Both the position numbers and the translations under genes were made by a program. The notes under the pieces were generated by a model, which was not told where the DNA came from, searched no databases, and worked only from the letters and a program-made list of their open reading frames with translations. 64,000 nt of DNA. Origin: Patescibacteria group bacterium. GTDB lineage: Bacteria > Patescibacteriota > Patescibacteriia > Magasanikbacterales > JBBTQS01. How positions within the stretch are numbered: the stretch's first letter is position 1; each line of letters starts with the position of its first letter. Shown piece by piece: positions 21,701 through 29,375 of this stretch. The stretch is from positions 741 to 64,740 of the forward strand of contig JBBTQS010000001.1 in NCBI GenBank assembly GCA_038065555.1. Direction: 5' to 3'.

Positions 21701-21910
21701 CAATACGGAGGTTCGTGTCAGTTCTGCTCCAAGCAGTGCAAGATCCAAACACAATCTGGTGGATCATGTGGTGATGGCAAGCGTCAGATCGCCGAGCAGT
21801 GTGACGGAACAGATTTGGGTAGCAAGACCTGTAAGGATTTTGTGAGCAGTTCGTCGAAGAAGCTCACGTGTAATACCAACTGCACGTACAATCAGAATGC
21901 ATGTAAGTAA
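12740..21910 (+). CDS. Giant (3056 aa) pilin-fused surface protein with Ig-like, IPT/TIG and myxobacterial-type Cys-rich repeats
   Basis: Same N-terminal VirB2-type pilin. IPT motifs 'ISLSLDKGAVRQYITIKGSNFG', 'W+D..IV..VP' and many 'CG(D/N)G....GE.CDDG' repeats. Confidence 0.82.
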   Translation: MLRSFFRQLAFLGIAATLVAATAVFTEPTAVYAQVDTELTNFQESTGLGNTDIRVTIGNVVRVVLGFLGIIAVCLVLYGGFLWMTAAGNEDQVASAKKVLINAGIGLVIIMSSFAITQFVLSNLQEATGTGTGSGSSDGIGGSGGSGGSGSGSGGLKSFVVRSISPRETLPNKNVTLHIVFSENVANTNLEKSITVRKNGETTLVPVTVNAQGSRVTVKATTPCAEARGSFCFDGDTQYTIEIAGGKDGVQSSSGKALLCGVGNECNARFKTGNAVDTQAPTVTITSPTGGALVAQAPATNIQALVGDDLGISLVEFMVDGTVVDSKAVVAMQSLPVTVSSNAWDASALALNSSHTITVRVYDVNDHNTLSSSVTVRIVPSYCFDGQQTPNTDEIGRDCSPKGGACGQCDGGCTDNTQCASGTCAVPAAGGDKQCLNLPTITGVSPGNGGEGQWVTVQGKFFGNSGTVSFLNPDGSAAKIVAPLAQCTGGSSAWTDRAIVLEVPKGLTPGTAYPILVETSASSDATNDDRGPKFDGVFMVKEQSGPTPGICSITPASGKAGSTVMIHGKNFPADQATMKLRFGGVEGTLAPRQQQTTFASGQVPNVAPGTYATDFVVGGVASNAVPFTVSGDGAKPAPSIISLSLDKGAVRQYITIKGSNFGEFQNLIKFIRLNDQLVPTDEVTYGDFSFPKQCATVGTWSDASVVVKVPQVVDGKYHIVVVRSDSDNDVSNNESNRVVFTVNRDPLTPGLCALVPDNGPTGLAVSLYGDGFGATPGAVLFQKDSIYNGVASRWSQSTVGAAVPSSATTGEVVVRSDAGTRSNPQIFTVQNCNQKPGVCGGNEQCCGNGACIPRTDASTGKALSCTSYNVPEASYTFSFYTGKGDFDPNNYPPAVVEECVGGKLPSPTPWIKHPGGDGACVNALLGVKFTIPLDQATLTYDRGRNSTVLLFACKDAACAEVEDAPVAIDPTTFNYSDLADSDGSKNSIQSYLSFAPKSPLTPRTTYMVVLTDKITGQMNGMSMVPNPAKCGGTAAASFGAYCYTFKVSDTGLSCTLGAVDVSPAKFNVGDPNMISESSKYALSPVPFWEVAEDGTKTKKFGPLEWSALGIAKNSKCILVNACGADSSWTWASQHTDVGVPSGVPSGAQCKRYMKVTGESAKTVSETGAVSVVPTEVTATENTSKLADKSLFTVNYGAPTVLEQCGGTIQSPSPWDKRQGGTNVCVNAIVNIVFSQRMDQSSFAGNPVEIRKCTGTGANPCATTSEPLSTVATFKTKDDQHDGLSVALVGNQFFDKATTYRVGVRSTLKGATGVQMEQRPGCNPGESYCYSFRTRDDDKACEVDKVQVAPDTQSTYALGLVRDKKGVAVPYEAEAVSSDSCVLLNANAYQWNWAAQAPYAAVYAVAEQKTYTTLTNSGPSQQMWAQLPTTGRAPAEIQVALAGSTKVANSTLAINLLPPTILSNEPSCTSACSNVQISATFSQEMDTASFGLGTATPSVAVLKCTNESCLFPTDAAGALTAEAFAAQIPLQLEPQSGVYDDLTTQTGTSYLMALAHETLLPNTYYRAVVRVGDKGVFTSDTKSTIALTSLNESRRYPAGMAAYYSWTFKTRPDGSVCTVANAELRPKETVVQASGLISEVAVFAKSAADVCSAGGQTLQASDYSWQWNIANTSVAQFLNGTAADTADATAGGACTARCVARGTVAAGTPVCGNSVKESGESCDDSNALSGDGCSNRCLVEPSVRIQQGGTCGNNKVESGELCDGQPGCNQGTCTWMGASAGLAVCGNGDIGAGEECDGGLYCTSSCLLKGSTPGAAVCGDGNLQPGEDAYCEEFWHANGPGATSSACTNTCVLRGGLTEENKQGGAFCGNGTVEPQTGEACDDGNALSGDGCSLKCLHEGAATTYAQPSVCGNGSAETGESPSCEIVGANATAGDGKIDATQFIRGLSGGAVSKNNRRETAITAAVAQTNAVAEGTYAIQCGYTADSQCPAGAGVGADSCCYARPRVLTETALPASGSAAVCRNALITIEFNEQIDPATVNTSTVRLFVQSATADACTKNGGTVIAQSLINPDDPWYRRAWFTMVNEVRGWFDAAPAYAAVNCGYYFNAELADLQNIGSGSVGVRSKLFITPTELLGEKQVYTVEITQAVRNMMGVRIAEAYTWKFTTGKTLCTLAAVDVEPATHVFTSTGPSSNANMIATAYAKQGNDFTPIVSTSKYAWSWAWKVTHADRAVITSQNNTKAVAAPGPKRGETTIRATATVTTDLISPAPTTGGSLQGFGALVNANCDVPWPDATTKIGNNPVSFPYADRDMHFSLWYCRGNLPTTDTPAPKVLPAFQLYRPTEKVTAGTELLSSLLLRHPSAGDAIGLRVYSNVEGLSPMDWYAKQGFSGKPSATTLAGYEAIQDGTTYYIAFVNVSNPTGSYVWPETIHPRNRNSKYVNILAISHNQDATPETKAVFAQLLENLKFSTNIEAKWNQGVCAVVGANGAVGQTTFGTNPAREISCSSRLDCVNNKEKIAVPAAVECLAFNEQLSRDAVRWSDLREIQGAVTGFKAQYGSAPTLGQGTYVPSMAVSAWDSWNTVFGKQIGDSSLPQDPINAFAAGCEGDAATCWNGATSKYMCTAGSHVYSYTTSKNAAGFKLGVDFETIKDSSQRWNNVVASAYQVYGNCTGVPMAAGGICGDGILNLTEQCEAGQMIGAVGGITDPNAQTCTVSDAKGNTYPGAYIYSCPKSCQYYSAAELKSNKIACQPLGSCGDGVMNGNEMCDDGSLNGSYNHCASDCRSKMSAAGRCGDGVLQKEQGEMCDVTRCEYTNVQCSTTETSNSCPVVMAHMSSTIYPGMVYLRYGANGKAQGETLKYFSKSTATKDFPVGTQLKCLGAQTTYAPTQAKSCNWDCLSYGPYCGDGVKNGTEKCDGTQMSDEACTTAQGLPGTVAYTCTASCSARSKTCVAKPLAGGASSAPVCGDGVRQGDEGCDSGTNNGDGCTAQYGGSCQFCSKQCKIQTQSGGSCGDGKRQIAEQCDGTDLGSKTCKDFVSSSSKKLTCNTNCTYNQNACK

Positions 21911-21951
21911 TCAAATGTGGTACAATAGTGCCATCACGTTTAACGCGTCGT

Positions 21952-22677
21952 ATGTTCGATACAACACCTAATGCGCAGCAGCCTGGCACTGTGCCACAGC
22001 CTGAGAATGCGCCAGCGACTTTTGAGAGTGCGGAGTTCGGTGCTACTGCGATTCAGGCAGGCAAGCTCAAGCCTATCAGTGAAAAATCTGAAAAGGATAT
22101 GGGTGTACCAGGGGATGATGTTGGGGCATACGAATTTCAGGCGCCGCATGCGCAGAACAAATGGTTCTTGATCACGTTTGCCATTCTCGGAGTTGCAGCA
22201 CTCGGAGGACTTTCGTGGTGGGCATACAATGCGTATACCGCATCGATGGACACCGCAGTTCCAGCTGCAGCAACTGATGTGGTTCCTGCCGAAGAGGCGG
22301 TGGTTGAGGAGGAGGTAAGTCCTTATGATGATGTGATTGCTCCTACTACCACGACAACACCAGTACTCACAAGTCCTGTAGCCACGAGTACTCCTTCGCA
22401 AGAACCAAGTGAGGTAATTGCGGCGACAGATATTGACAATGATGGTCTCTCAGATGTAGACGAAGTACGCGATGGATCAGATCCACGCGACGCGGACTCA
22501 GATGATGACGGACTTACAGATGCACAAGAAGTACTTCAGTACGGTACGAGCCCAACGAATCCAGATTCAGACGGGGATACGTACTCTGACGGTACAGAAG
22601 TGAAGAACGGATACAATCCTAAGGGTAATGGAATGCTCCCTGCTGCTGCAACGAGCACTGCTCCGTTTGCACAATAG
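21952..22677 (+). CDS. Single-pass membrane protein with bacterial thrombospondin-3-like Ca-binding repeats
   Basis: One TM segment, a Thr/Pro linker and 'DIDNDGLSDVDE', 'DSDDDGLTDAQE', 'DSDGDTYSDGTEVKNGYNP'. Confidence 0.75.
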   Translation: MFDTTPNAQQPGTVPQPENAPATFESAEFGATAIQAGKLKPISEKSEKDMGVPGDDVGAYEFQAPHAQNKWFLITFAILGVAALGGLSWWAYNAYTASMDTAVPAAATDVVPAEEAVVEEEVSPYDDVIAPTTTTTPVLTSPVATSTPSQEPSEVIAATDIDNDGLSDVDEVRDGSDPRDADSDDDGLTDAQEVLQYGTSPTNPDSDGDTYSDGTEVKNGYNPKGNGMLPAAATSTAPFAQ

Positions 22678-22692
22678 TCACACACGACACGC

Positions 22693-23919
22693 ATGTTTGG
22701 TTCCAAGCAATCACCAACGGGCCCAGCAACCTCATCCGAGATTCCGGATGAGTCGTTGCGCATCCATACCATCCCCAAGGCGTTCTATGGCAAAACCATC
22801 AGCGCTGCTGATGCTGCGCCAACTCCAGATCAGATGAATCCGCAGATGGGTGCAACGCCTCGCGTTGCTACTGCGCCAGTTGCTGCACAGGCGACGACAG
22901 CTGGGTCGGTTTTTGACACTCCAGGTCCTGGAGCTAGCGCGCAGATTGCACACGCACCGACACATGCATCAAAGATGAAAATCGTGTTGTGGAGTGGACT
23001 CGGTGTACTCGTGCTCGCAGTTGCAGGAACTGCAACGTGGATGTACACACGCACACCAGATCCATCACCGGTTATTGATGTGCCGCCAGTTGTGGTGCTG
23101 CAAGATACCGAAGATACAACCCCGCAGGACTCCATTACCACACCAACGAGCACCGTAGACATTGTGACGCCACCACCAGTAGATCCCGACATGTTGTTGG
23201 CAATCGCACCAGTGGGCGACACCATCGACTTCGACGGTGATGGACTCACAGACATCGAAGAAGAACTCTACAAAACAGACCCAGCCATTGCTGACACTGA
23301 TTTGGATACATTTACCGACGGTGTTGAGCTCACGAATTTGTTCGATCCACTTGTAGAAGCGCCTGCGATGCTCATGGAGTCACCCAATATTCAGCAGTAC
23401 ACCAATCCCGTGCACAACTACACCGTTGTTCACCCAAGTGACTGGTTGGCAGCTCCTGTTGATGAACGAACTAGTGATGAGCTCACATTCACATCTCTCA
23501 CCGGCGAGTTCGTGACAATCCAGTCATTCCCGCTGAAGGAGAACGAGCTATTTGTTTCGTGGTTTGCAGCGCACAATCAGTCATACCAGTACAGTGGTCT
23601 CACGTCATGGGCGAATCGTCGCGGGGTTACTGGTTGGTACGAGGCGTCGTTCATGCGATTCTATTTTGTGAATGCAAAAGGGGTGTATGTCATGGAGTAT
23701 CATCCTGGGATTCGTAATGCAGTCAACTTCCGTCGCAGTGTGCGTATGATGGCAGAGAGCTTTGCGTTCACTGAGGAGCTTATGGAAGGACCTGAAGAGG
23801 TCGTAGAGCCGGTGACAACTTCTACCCCAGCAACCACCACGACAACCACCACCACGAGTACTCCGTCTGCACCAGTACAGGAGGCGATCGAGCCGACCGC
23901 AACGTCCACCACACCTTGA
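22693..23919 (+). CDS. Single-pass membrane protein with TSP3-like Ca-binding repeats and a PsbP-like domain
   Basis: TM segment, 'DFDGDGLTDIEE', 'DTDLDTFTDGVE', then 'YTNPVHNYTVVHPSDW...MAESFAF'. Confidence 0.7.
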   Translation: MFGSKQSPTGPATSSEIPDESLRIHTIPKAFYGKTISAADAAPTPDQMNPQMGATPRVATAPVAAQATTAGSVFDTPGPGASAQIAHAPTHASKMKIVLWSGLGVLVLAVAGTATWMYTRTPDPSPVIDVPPVVVLQDTEDTTPQDSITTPTSTVDIVTPPPVDPDMLLAIAPVGDTIDFDGDGLTDIEEELYKTDPAIADTDLDTFTDGVELTNLFDPLVEAPAMLMESPNIQQYTNPVHNYTVVHPSDWLAAPVDERTSDELTFTSLTGEFVTIQSFPLKENELFVSWFAAHNQSYQYSGLTSWANRRGVTGWYEASFMRFYFVNAKGVYVMEYHPGIRNAVNFRRSVRMMAESFAFTEELMEGPEEVVEPVTTSTPATTTTTTTTSTPSAPVQEAIEPTATSTTP

Positions 23920-23924
23920 GCCCC

Positions 23925-24380
23925 ATGACTATCGAGACGGTTTCATATGTTCGAACAGGAGGTATTTCGCGTGCACTTGTCACGCGAGTTGTTGGTGCTG
24001 CCGCGCGTGCACTGCGCGTTCCTGAGAATCGAACCATTGCAGTGGTTCTTGCTGGAGATGAGCGCATGAAGACATTGCACGCCAAGTACTCAGGCGAAGC
24101 AACGGTCACAGACGTGCTTTCATTTCCTGCACATGAATCACACGGGGCGAAATGGCCGCGTCGTGGTGAGGACGAAGTTGCGCTAGGCGAGTTGGTCCTG
24201 TGTGTGCCGCAGATAGTGCGGCAAGCGCGTACGCACAAGGTGACAATTCGTGAGGAAGCAACGCGCATGCTCGTACATGGACTGCTGCATCTTCTGGGCC
24301 ACGACCACGGCAAGAAGTCGCAGGCAGACAAAATGTATGCGCTGCAGGAGAAAATAGTGTATACTATCAGCAAATCTTGA
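23925..24380 (+). CDS. ybeY: rRNA maturation endoribonuclease YbeY
   Basis: 'TDVLSFP', 'LGELVLC', 'HGLLHLLGHDH'. Confidence 0.95.
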   Translation: MTIETVSYVRTGGISRALVTRVVGAAARALRVPENRTIAVVLAGDERMKTLHAKYSGEATVTDVLSFPAHESHGAKWPRRGEDEVALGELVLCVPQIVRQARTHKVTIREEATRMLVHGLLHLLGHDHGKKSQADKMYALQEKIVYTISKS

Positions 24381-24386
24381 AATCCC

Positions 24387-25655
24387 ATGCGTGCAAAGAT
24401 GCGTGAAGAATACATCTGTGGACTTGATGTCGGCTCGACCGCCGTCCGCATTGCTGTTGGGCAGCCAATGGTGCGCGCAGAAGGTGATGAAACCATGCAC
24501 ATTATTGGTGCAGCAGAAGTCCAGTCCGAAGGAGTGCACAAAGGCATTGTCACAAGCATCGAAGACACGGTGTCTTGTATTAGTGCATGTCTCGAGCGCG
24601 CCGAACGCATGATCGGTGGACCAGTAGAACATATGTGGGTTGCCATTTCTGGCAGCCATATTTTGTCACAGGATAGCAAAGGTGTGGTTGCAGTCTCTCG
24701 CAACGATGGTGAGATTGCCGAAGAAGATGTGCAGCGCGCTATCGAAGCAGCTCGCACCGTTGCAACACCGATCAACTACGAAATTCTCCACGTGCTACCT
24801 AAGAGCTTCACGGTCGATGGTCAGTCAGGGATCAAGGATCCTGTGGGCATGACAGGTGTTCGACTCGAGGTAGATGCACAAATAATCCAAGGCGTTTCGT
24901 CGCAGATCAAGAATCTCACTCGCTCGGTGTATCGCACGGGCGTGGATATCGATGATCTAGTACTCGGCATCCTCGCAACAGGCGAAGCCGTGATTACGCG
25001 CAGACAAAAAGAACTCGGCGCAGTGGTTGTGAATCTCGGCGGATCAACGACGAGTGTTGCGATCTACGAAGAAGGAGATGTGATCCACTCAGCTGTGTTA
25101 CCTGTTGGATCTGAGCACATCACCAATGACATTGCACTCGGGCTGCGCACATCCATCGATGTCGCAGAGCGTGTGAAGATCGAATACGGAACCGCCGTAT
25201 CCGAAGGTGTGCACAAGAAGGAAGTAATTAATCTCGCAGATCTCGGGTCGGAGAACGCTGAGGAAGTCTCGCGCAAATATGTTGCGGAGATTATCGAAGC
25301 ACGTGTCCAAGAAATTTTTGAAATGGTTGATGCTGAGCTCAAGAAGGTTGGTCGCAGCAGACTCTTGCCTGCCGGGATCATTCTCACCGGTGGCGGCTCG
25401 AAGTTGCCGGGAATCGTTGAGGCTGCGAAGGAATCACTCTACCTTCCAGCAACACTCGGCTATCCGTTGGAAGTCAGCTCGGTAACTGACAAGGTCAACG
25501 ATCTCGCGTTCTCCACAGCGATCGGACTCGTGCAGTGGGGGATGTCGGTGAAGAGTAGCGGCAGCGGCACCATGGGTAGCGTCATTTCCAAATTCAAGAC
25601 CGTAGACAAAGTAAGTAAACAAGTCAGAAAGTGGTTCAAATCGTTGATTCCGTAG
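24387..25655 (+). CDS. ftsA: Cell division protein FtsA
   Basis: 'GLDVGST', 'KDPVGMTGVRLEV', 'NLGGSTT', 'LTGGGSKLPG' and a C-terminal amphipathic helix. Confidence 0.97.
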   Translation: MRAKMREEYICGLDVGSTAVRIAVGQPMVRAEGDETMHIIGAAEVQSEGVHKGIVTSIEDTVSCISACLERAERMIGGPVEHMWVAISGSHILSQDSKGVVAVSRNDGEIAEEDVQRAIEAARTVATPINYEILHVLPKSFTVDGQSGIKDPVGMTGVRLEVDAQIIQGVSSQIKNLTRSVYRTGVDIDDLVLGILATGEAVITRRQKELGAVVVNLGGSTTSVAIYEEGDVIHSAVLPVGSEHITNDIALGLRTSIDVAERVKIEYGTAVSEGVHKKEVINLADLGSENAEEVSRKYVAEIIEARVQEIFEMVDAELKKVGRSRLLPAGIILTGGGSKLPGIVEAAKESLYLPATLGYPLEVSSVTDKVNDLAFSTAIGLVQWGMSVKSSGSGTMGSVISKFKTVDKVSKQVRKWFKSLIP

Positions 25656-25724
25656 GGCATATCCTTGTATTCCCAGGCGGTTTTGCGGTACACTTCTCCT
25701 GTACTCAACCATTGAAGTTCCTGT

Positions 25725-27002
25725 ATGCCCGAAGTCAAACCTGCCCTCGAAACATTCGCGAAAATCAAAGTGATCGGTGTTGGTGGATCTGGTAATTCAG
25801 CCGTCAACCGCATGGTCGCCGCGAAGATTAGAGGAGTAGATTTTGTTGCAATCAATACGGATGTGCAGGCATTGCACCATGCGCTTGCACCAACGAAGCT
25901 CCACATCGGCAAGTCCATCACACGAGGACTCGGTGCAGGAATGGACCCCAACATGGGACGCGCCGCAGCCGAGGAATCGCAGCAGGAAGTGCGCGATCTC
26001 ATCAAGGGAACGGACATGGTGTTCATCACCTGCGGACTGGGTGGCGGAACCGGAACAGGTGCTGCACCAGAAGTAGCAAAGATCGCACGCGAACTTGGCA
26101 TCCTCACGGTTGCTGTAGTAACGAAGCCTTTCACATTCGAAGGCGCACAGCGTCGCGCAATTGCAGAGCAAGGCTACGCGGATCTCGAGAAGAATGTAGA
26201 CACGATCATTAGCATTCCTAATGATCGCATTTTGCAAATTATCGACAAGAAGACTTCGCTTCTGGACGCGTTTAAGATTGTAGATGATGTATTGCGTCAG
26301 GGTGTACAAGGTATTTCGGAGATTATTACATTGCCAGGACTCATCAACGTCGACTTTGCTGATGTGAAGGCGATTATGCGTGATGCGGGCAGCGCACTCA
26401 TGGGCATTGGTCGCGCAACAGGCGAGAACCGCGCCGTGGATGCTGCCAAGGCTGCTATTGCCAGCCCGCTTCTGGAAGTATCGATCGAAGGCGCGCGTGG
26501 CGTACTCTTCACTATCACTGGAGGACTTGATCTTGCGATGCAAGAAGTCAATGAGGCAGCTCGTGTGATCACCGAGAATACAGATGAAGACGCAAAGATT
26601 ATTTTTGGTGCCAATGTTGACGAGAACATGAAGGACGAAATCAAGATCACGGTGGTTGCAACAGGATTTGGCGAACGACGTGCACCTCGTGTCGAAGCAC
26701 AGCCAGAACGTCAGGGATATTTCCAGCAGCAGCAACCTCGCTCAAGTTATTTCCAATCACCACCTCAGCCGCAACAGCAAGCTCCGGTATACGCGAGCAC
26801 ACCGCCCGCACGTCCTGTGACGCCAGCGGTAGAGATGCCTGATCGCTCAGCAGATCTCATGGATCGTAATAAGAAGACGGTTCCTGCGCAGCCCAACAAG
26901 CCAGCAGTGCGTCGTGGTATGGAGGAGACTCCAGAGCTCCCAGCAGCGGACGAAGAGCTCGAGATTCCAGCATTCATTCGCCGCAAAATGGGTGGATCCT
27001 AA
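25725..27002 (+). CDS. ftsZ: Cell division protein FtsZ
   Basis: '[10 protein letters not shown]', tubulin motif 'GLGGGTGTG', 'NVDFAD' and C-terminal '[10 protein letters not shown]'. Confidence 0.98.
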   Translation: MPEVKPALETFAKIKVIGVGGSGNSAVNRMVAAKIRGVDFVAINTDVQALHHALAPTKLHIGKSITRGLGAGMDPNMGRAAAEESQQEVRDLIKGTDMVFITCGLGGGTGTGAAPEVAKIARELGILTVAVVTKPFTFEGAQRRAIAEQGYADLEKNVDTIISIPNDRILQIIDKKTSLLDAFKIVDDVLRQGVQGISEIITLPGLINVDFADVKAIMRDAGSALMGIGRATGENRAVDAAKAAIASPLLEVSIEGARGVLFTITGGLDLAMQEVNEAARVITENTDEDAKIIFGANVDENMKDEIKITVVATGFGERRAPRVEAQPERQGYFQQQQPRSSYFQSPPQPQQQAPVYASTPPARPVTPAVEMPDRSADLMDRNKKTVPAQPNKPAVRRGMEETPELPAADEELEIPAFIRRKMGGS

Positions 27003-27014
27003 GGACGCGCTGGT

Positions 27015-27506
27015 ATGCACTGTCCAGTCTGTCGCAGCAAAGAGACAAAGGTTGTAGATTCACGTGTCTCTCCAGACGGGTTGAGCATTCGTCGACGTCG
27101 TGAGTGTGAGAAGTGTGAGTATCGTTTCTCCACCAGTGAAGAAACCGAAATCCTCGATGTCATTGTTGTGAAGAATAATGGCACGCGCGAGGCATATTCA
27201 CGCGACAAGCTCGCACGAGGGCTCCACAAGTCACTTGAGAAGCGACCATTCACCGCAGATGCATTCAAATCCCTCCTGCATCGTATCGAGCAAGATATCC
27301 AAAAGAAGAAAAAGCGAGAAATCACCAGCCTTGAGTTAGGTGAACTCGTAATGAAACATTTGCAGAAGTTCGACTCGATCGCGTATATCCGGTTCGCAAG
27401 TGTGTACCGACAGTTCCAGGATGTAGACAGCTTCCAACGAGAACTCAACAAGATCGCGCGCAACAAACCCGCAGCGCGACCATCCACCAAACGCAAAAGT
27501 CTATGA
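27015..27506 (+). CDS. nrdR: Transcriptional repressor NrdR
   Basis: Zn ribbon 'MHCPVC...VVDSR...IRRRRECEKC..RFST.E' and ATP cone 'AYIRFASVYRQF'. Confidence 0.97.
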   Translation: MHCPVCRSKETKVVDSRVSPDGLSIRRRRECEKCEYRFSTSEETEILDVIVVKNNGTREAYSRDKLARGLHKSLEKRPFTADAFKSLLHRIEQDIQKKKKREITSLELGELVMKHLQKFDSIAYIRFASVYRQFQDVDSFQRELNKIARNKPAARPSTKRKSL

Positions 27507-27820
27507 CCGATGATCAGTTCAACGAGCTCAAGAAATTGCTGCAAAAGAATAACGAGTTGCTCGCAGAGAACACACGTCTCACGCACAACATCCGAAAAAT
27601 GCAGATCATCGGTTCGATCTGGACCTGGATCAAGATTGTGATTCTTGTTGCTACGATTCTCGCAGGTTTTATTTACTTGCCTCCTTTTATCAATGACCGG
27701 CTCAATAGTATCAGCACGTCCATTCGCACCGAAGGACCTGGTGCGATTCTTGAGCGATTTGGTGTTCATTTCGGTCAAGATGAAGTGAATCCCAATGACC
27801 CCACTCCAGCGAATCGCTGA
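27503..27820 (+). CDS. Hypothetical single-TM protein with N-terminal coiled coil
   Basis: Overlaps the nrdR stop; heptad pattern followed by a hydrophobic helix. Confidence 0.7.
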   Translation: MTDDQFNELKKLLQKNNELLAENTRLTHNIRKMQIIGSIWTWIKIVILVATILAGFIYLPPFINDRLNSISTSIRTEGPGAILERFGVHFGQDEVNPNDPTPANR

Positions 27821-28118
27821 TCTCTCGCCATTTACGCGTAGTGTATTGATCGCCTGTAGCAAGGTGCCGGCAGGCAAGGTGACGACGTATGCGCGATTGG
27901 CTGCAGTAATTGGTCGTCCACGTGCGCTGCGCGCTGTAGGAACAGCGCTTGGTGCTAATCCATGCATCGGCGAAATCCCGTGTCATCGTGTGGTGAAATC
28001 AAATGGGAGTGTCGGAGGATTTGCGCGCGGAACCGAAGACAAGGTCAAGCGGCTCACCCGCGAAGGCATACCCGTCAAGAACGGCCGTGTGGTACAATTA
28101 GACCAGTACCTCTTTTGA
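27795..28118 (+). CDS. ogt: Methylated-DNA--protein-cysteine methyltransferase (MGMT, C-terminal domain only)
   Basis: 'VPAGKVTTY..LA', 'RAVGTAL..NP' and active site 'PCHRVV'. Confidence 0.88.
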   Translation: MTPLQRIADLSPFTRSVLIACSKVPAGKVTTYARLAAVIGRPRALRAVGTALGANPCIGEIPCHRVVKSNGSVGGFARGTEDKVKRLTREGIPVKNGRVVQLDQYLF

Positions 28119-28125
28119 AATTTCT

Positions 28126-29373
28126 ATGTCTGAACACGAACATCGAGCTCCTGCACTCGCTGCTGGAACTATTGTTGTGTCTGCAATTGTTGGCGCGGTT
28201 GCCGCATCGATTGTGGTGCTTGCATGGCAGCCAATGGATGCATGGCTCGATCGCAATCATCATTCGCGTACATCGCTTGCTGCTCCTGATCCCGCACAGG
28301 TCGCTGATGGGTTGCGTGCGTTGCAAGACGAAGAAGCAGCGACCATCAGTGTGGTGCGCGCAGTGAATGCATCAGTGGTGAGTATTGGTGTATACCAGGA
28401 TGAGACACGCGTCCTTTCGCGTTCCACGGGGTCAATTCCTTTTATTGATGATCTTCTGCGCAGTCGCGCAACGTCTAGTGCCACTACGTCAACGCCACGC
28501 AAGGTGCAGATCGGCGGTGGTACAGGCTTCATCATTAGTGCTGATGGGCTGATCCTCACCAACAGACATGTGGTGGATACGGAGAATGTGGAATATCGCG
28601 TGTTGCTGGCAACAGGCAAGAGCTACACTGCGCGTGTGGTGGGACGTGATGCAATCAATGACGTAGCGATCATTCAGATCGACGCGCCAGATCTCCAGCC
28701 TGCGACCATCGGGGACTCTGATTCGATTCAGATTGGTCAGACTGTGCTTGCGGTGGGCAATGCTTTTTCGGAATTTGATAACAGTGTGACGCGCGGCATT
28801 ATCTCTGGCGTGAATCGTCGTGTCGTTGCTGGAGACGCATCAGGATCCAGCGAAATTATCGAAGAAGCAATTCAGACTGATGCGGCTATTAATCCTGGCA
28901 ACTCCGGTGGACCGCTGATTAACTTGCGAGGCGAAGTGATCGGCATGAATACTGCGGTCAGTCAGCAAGGACAGTCCGTAGGATTTGCGATTCCAATTAA
29001 CGTTGCGAAGCGTTCTATGGAATCCGTGCGCAAGCACGGCCGCATCGTACGCACATGGCTAGGTGTTCGCTATCTCACCATCACACAAGAGCTCCAGGAA
29101 ATGAATAGTCTCCCTGTAGCCGAAGGCGCGCTCATCAACACAGGTACGCGCAGCAGCGACGCTGCAGTGATCCCTGGTTCGCCTGCAGCAAGAGCTGGAC
29201 TGCGCAGTGGCGATATCATCACGCGTATCAACGATGATGTGCTCACCACACGCAATTCACTCCCACGTGTCCTCTCCAAGTATTGGCCCGGTGACACCAT
29301 CTCCATCACGTTCTTGCGCGAAGGCAAGACGCTGGAGGTGAAGGTTGTTGTAGAAGAGTTCAAAGAACAATAA
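28126..29373 (+). CDS. htrA: HtrA/DegP-family serine protease with one PDZ domain
   Basis: 'GTGFIISADGLILTNRHVV', 'IQTDAAINPGNSGGPL' and PDZ 'GSPAARAGLRSGDII'. Confidence 0.93.
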   Translation: MSEHEHRAPALAAGTIVVSAIVGAVAASIVVLAWQPMDAWLDRNHHSRTSLAAPDPAQVADGLRALQDEEAATISVVRAVNASVVSIGVYQDETRVLSRSTGSIPFIDDLLRSRATSSATTSTPRKVQIGGGTGFIISADGLILTNRHVVDTENVEYRVLLATGKSYTARVVGRDAINDVAIIQIDAPDLQPATIGDSDSIQIGQTVLAVGNAFSEFDNSVTRGIISGVNRRVVAGDASGSSEIIEEAIQTDAAINPGNSGGPLINLRGEVIGMNTAVSQQGQSVGFAIPINVAKRSMESVRKHGRIVRTWLGVRYLTITQELQEMNSLPVAEGALINTGTRSSDAAVIPGSPAARAGLRSGDIITRINDDVLTTRNSLPRVLSKYWPGDTISITFLREGKTLEVKVVVEEFKEQ

Positions 29374-29375
29374 GT

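Noticed and set aside
17860-21900. Repeated tgtggtgatgg/CGDG units as a CRISPR array or DGR target
   Set aside because: These are in-frame protein Cys repeats with degenerate codons. There are no fixed repeats or spacers, no cas genes, no reverse transcriptase and no adenine-specific TR/VR pair.
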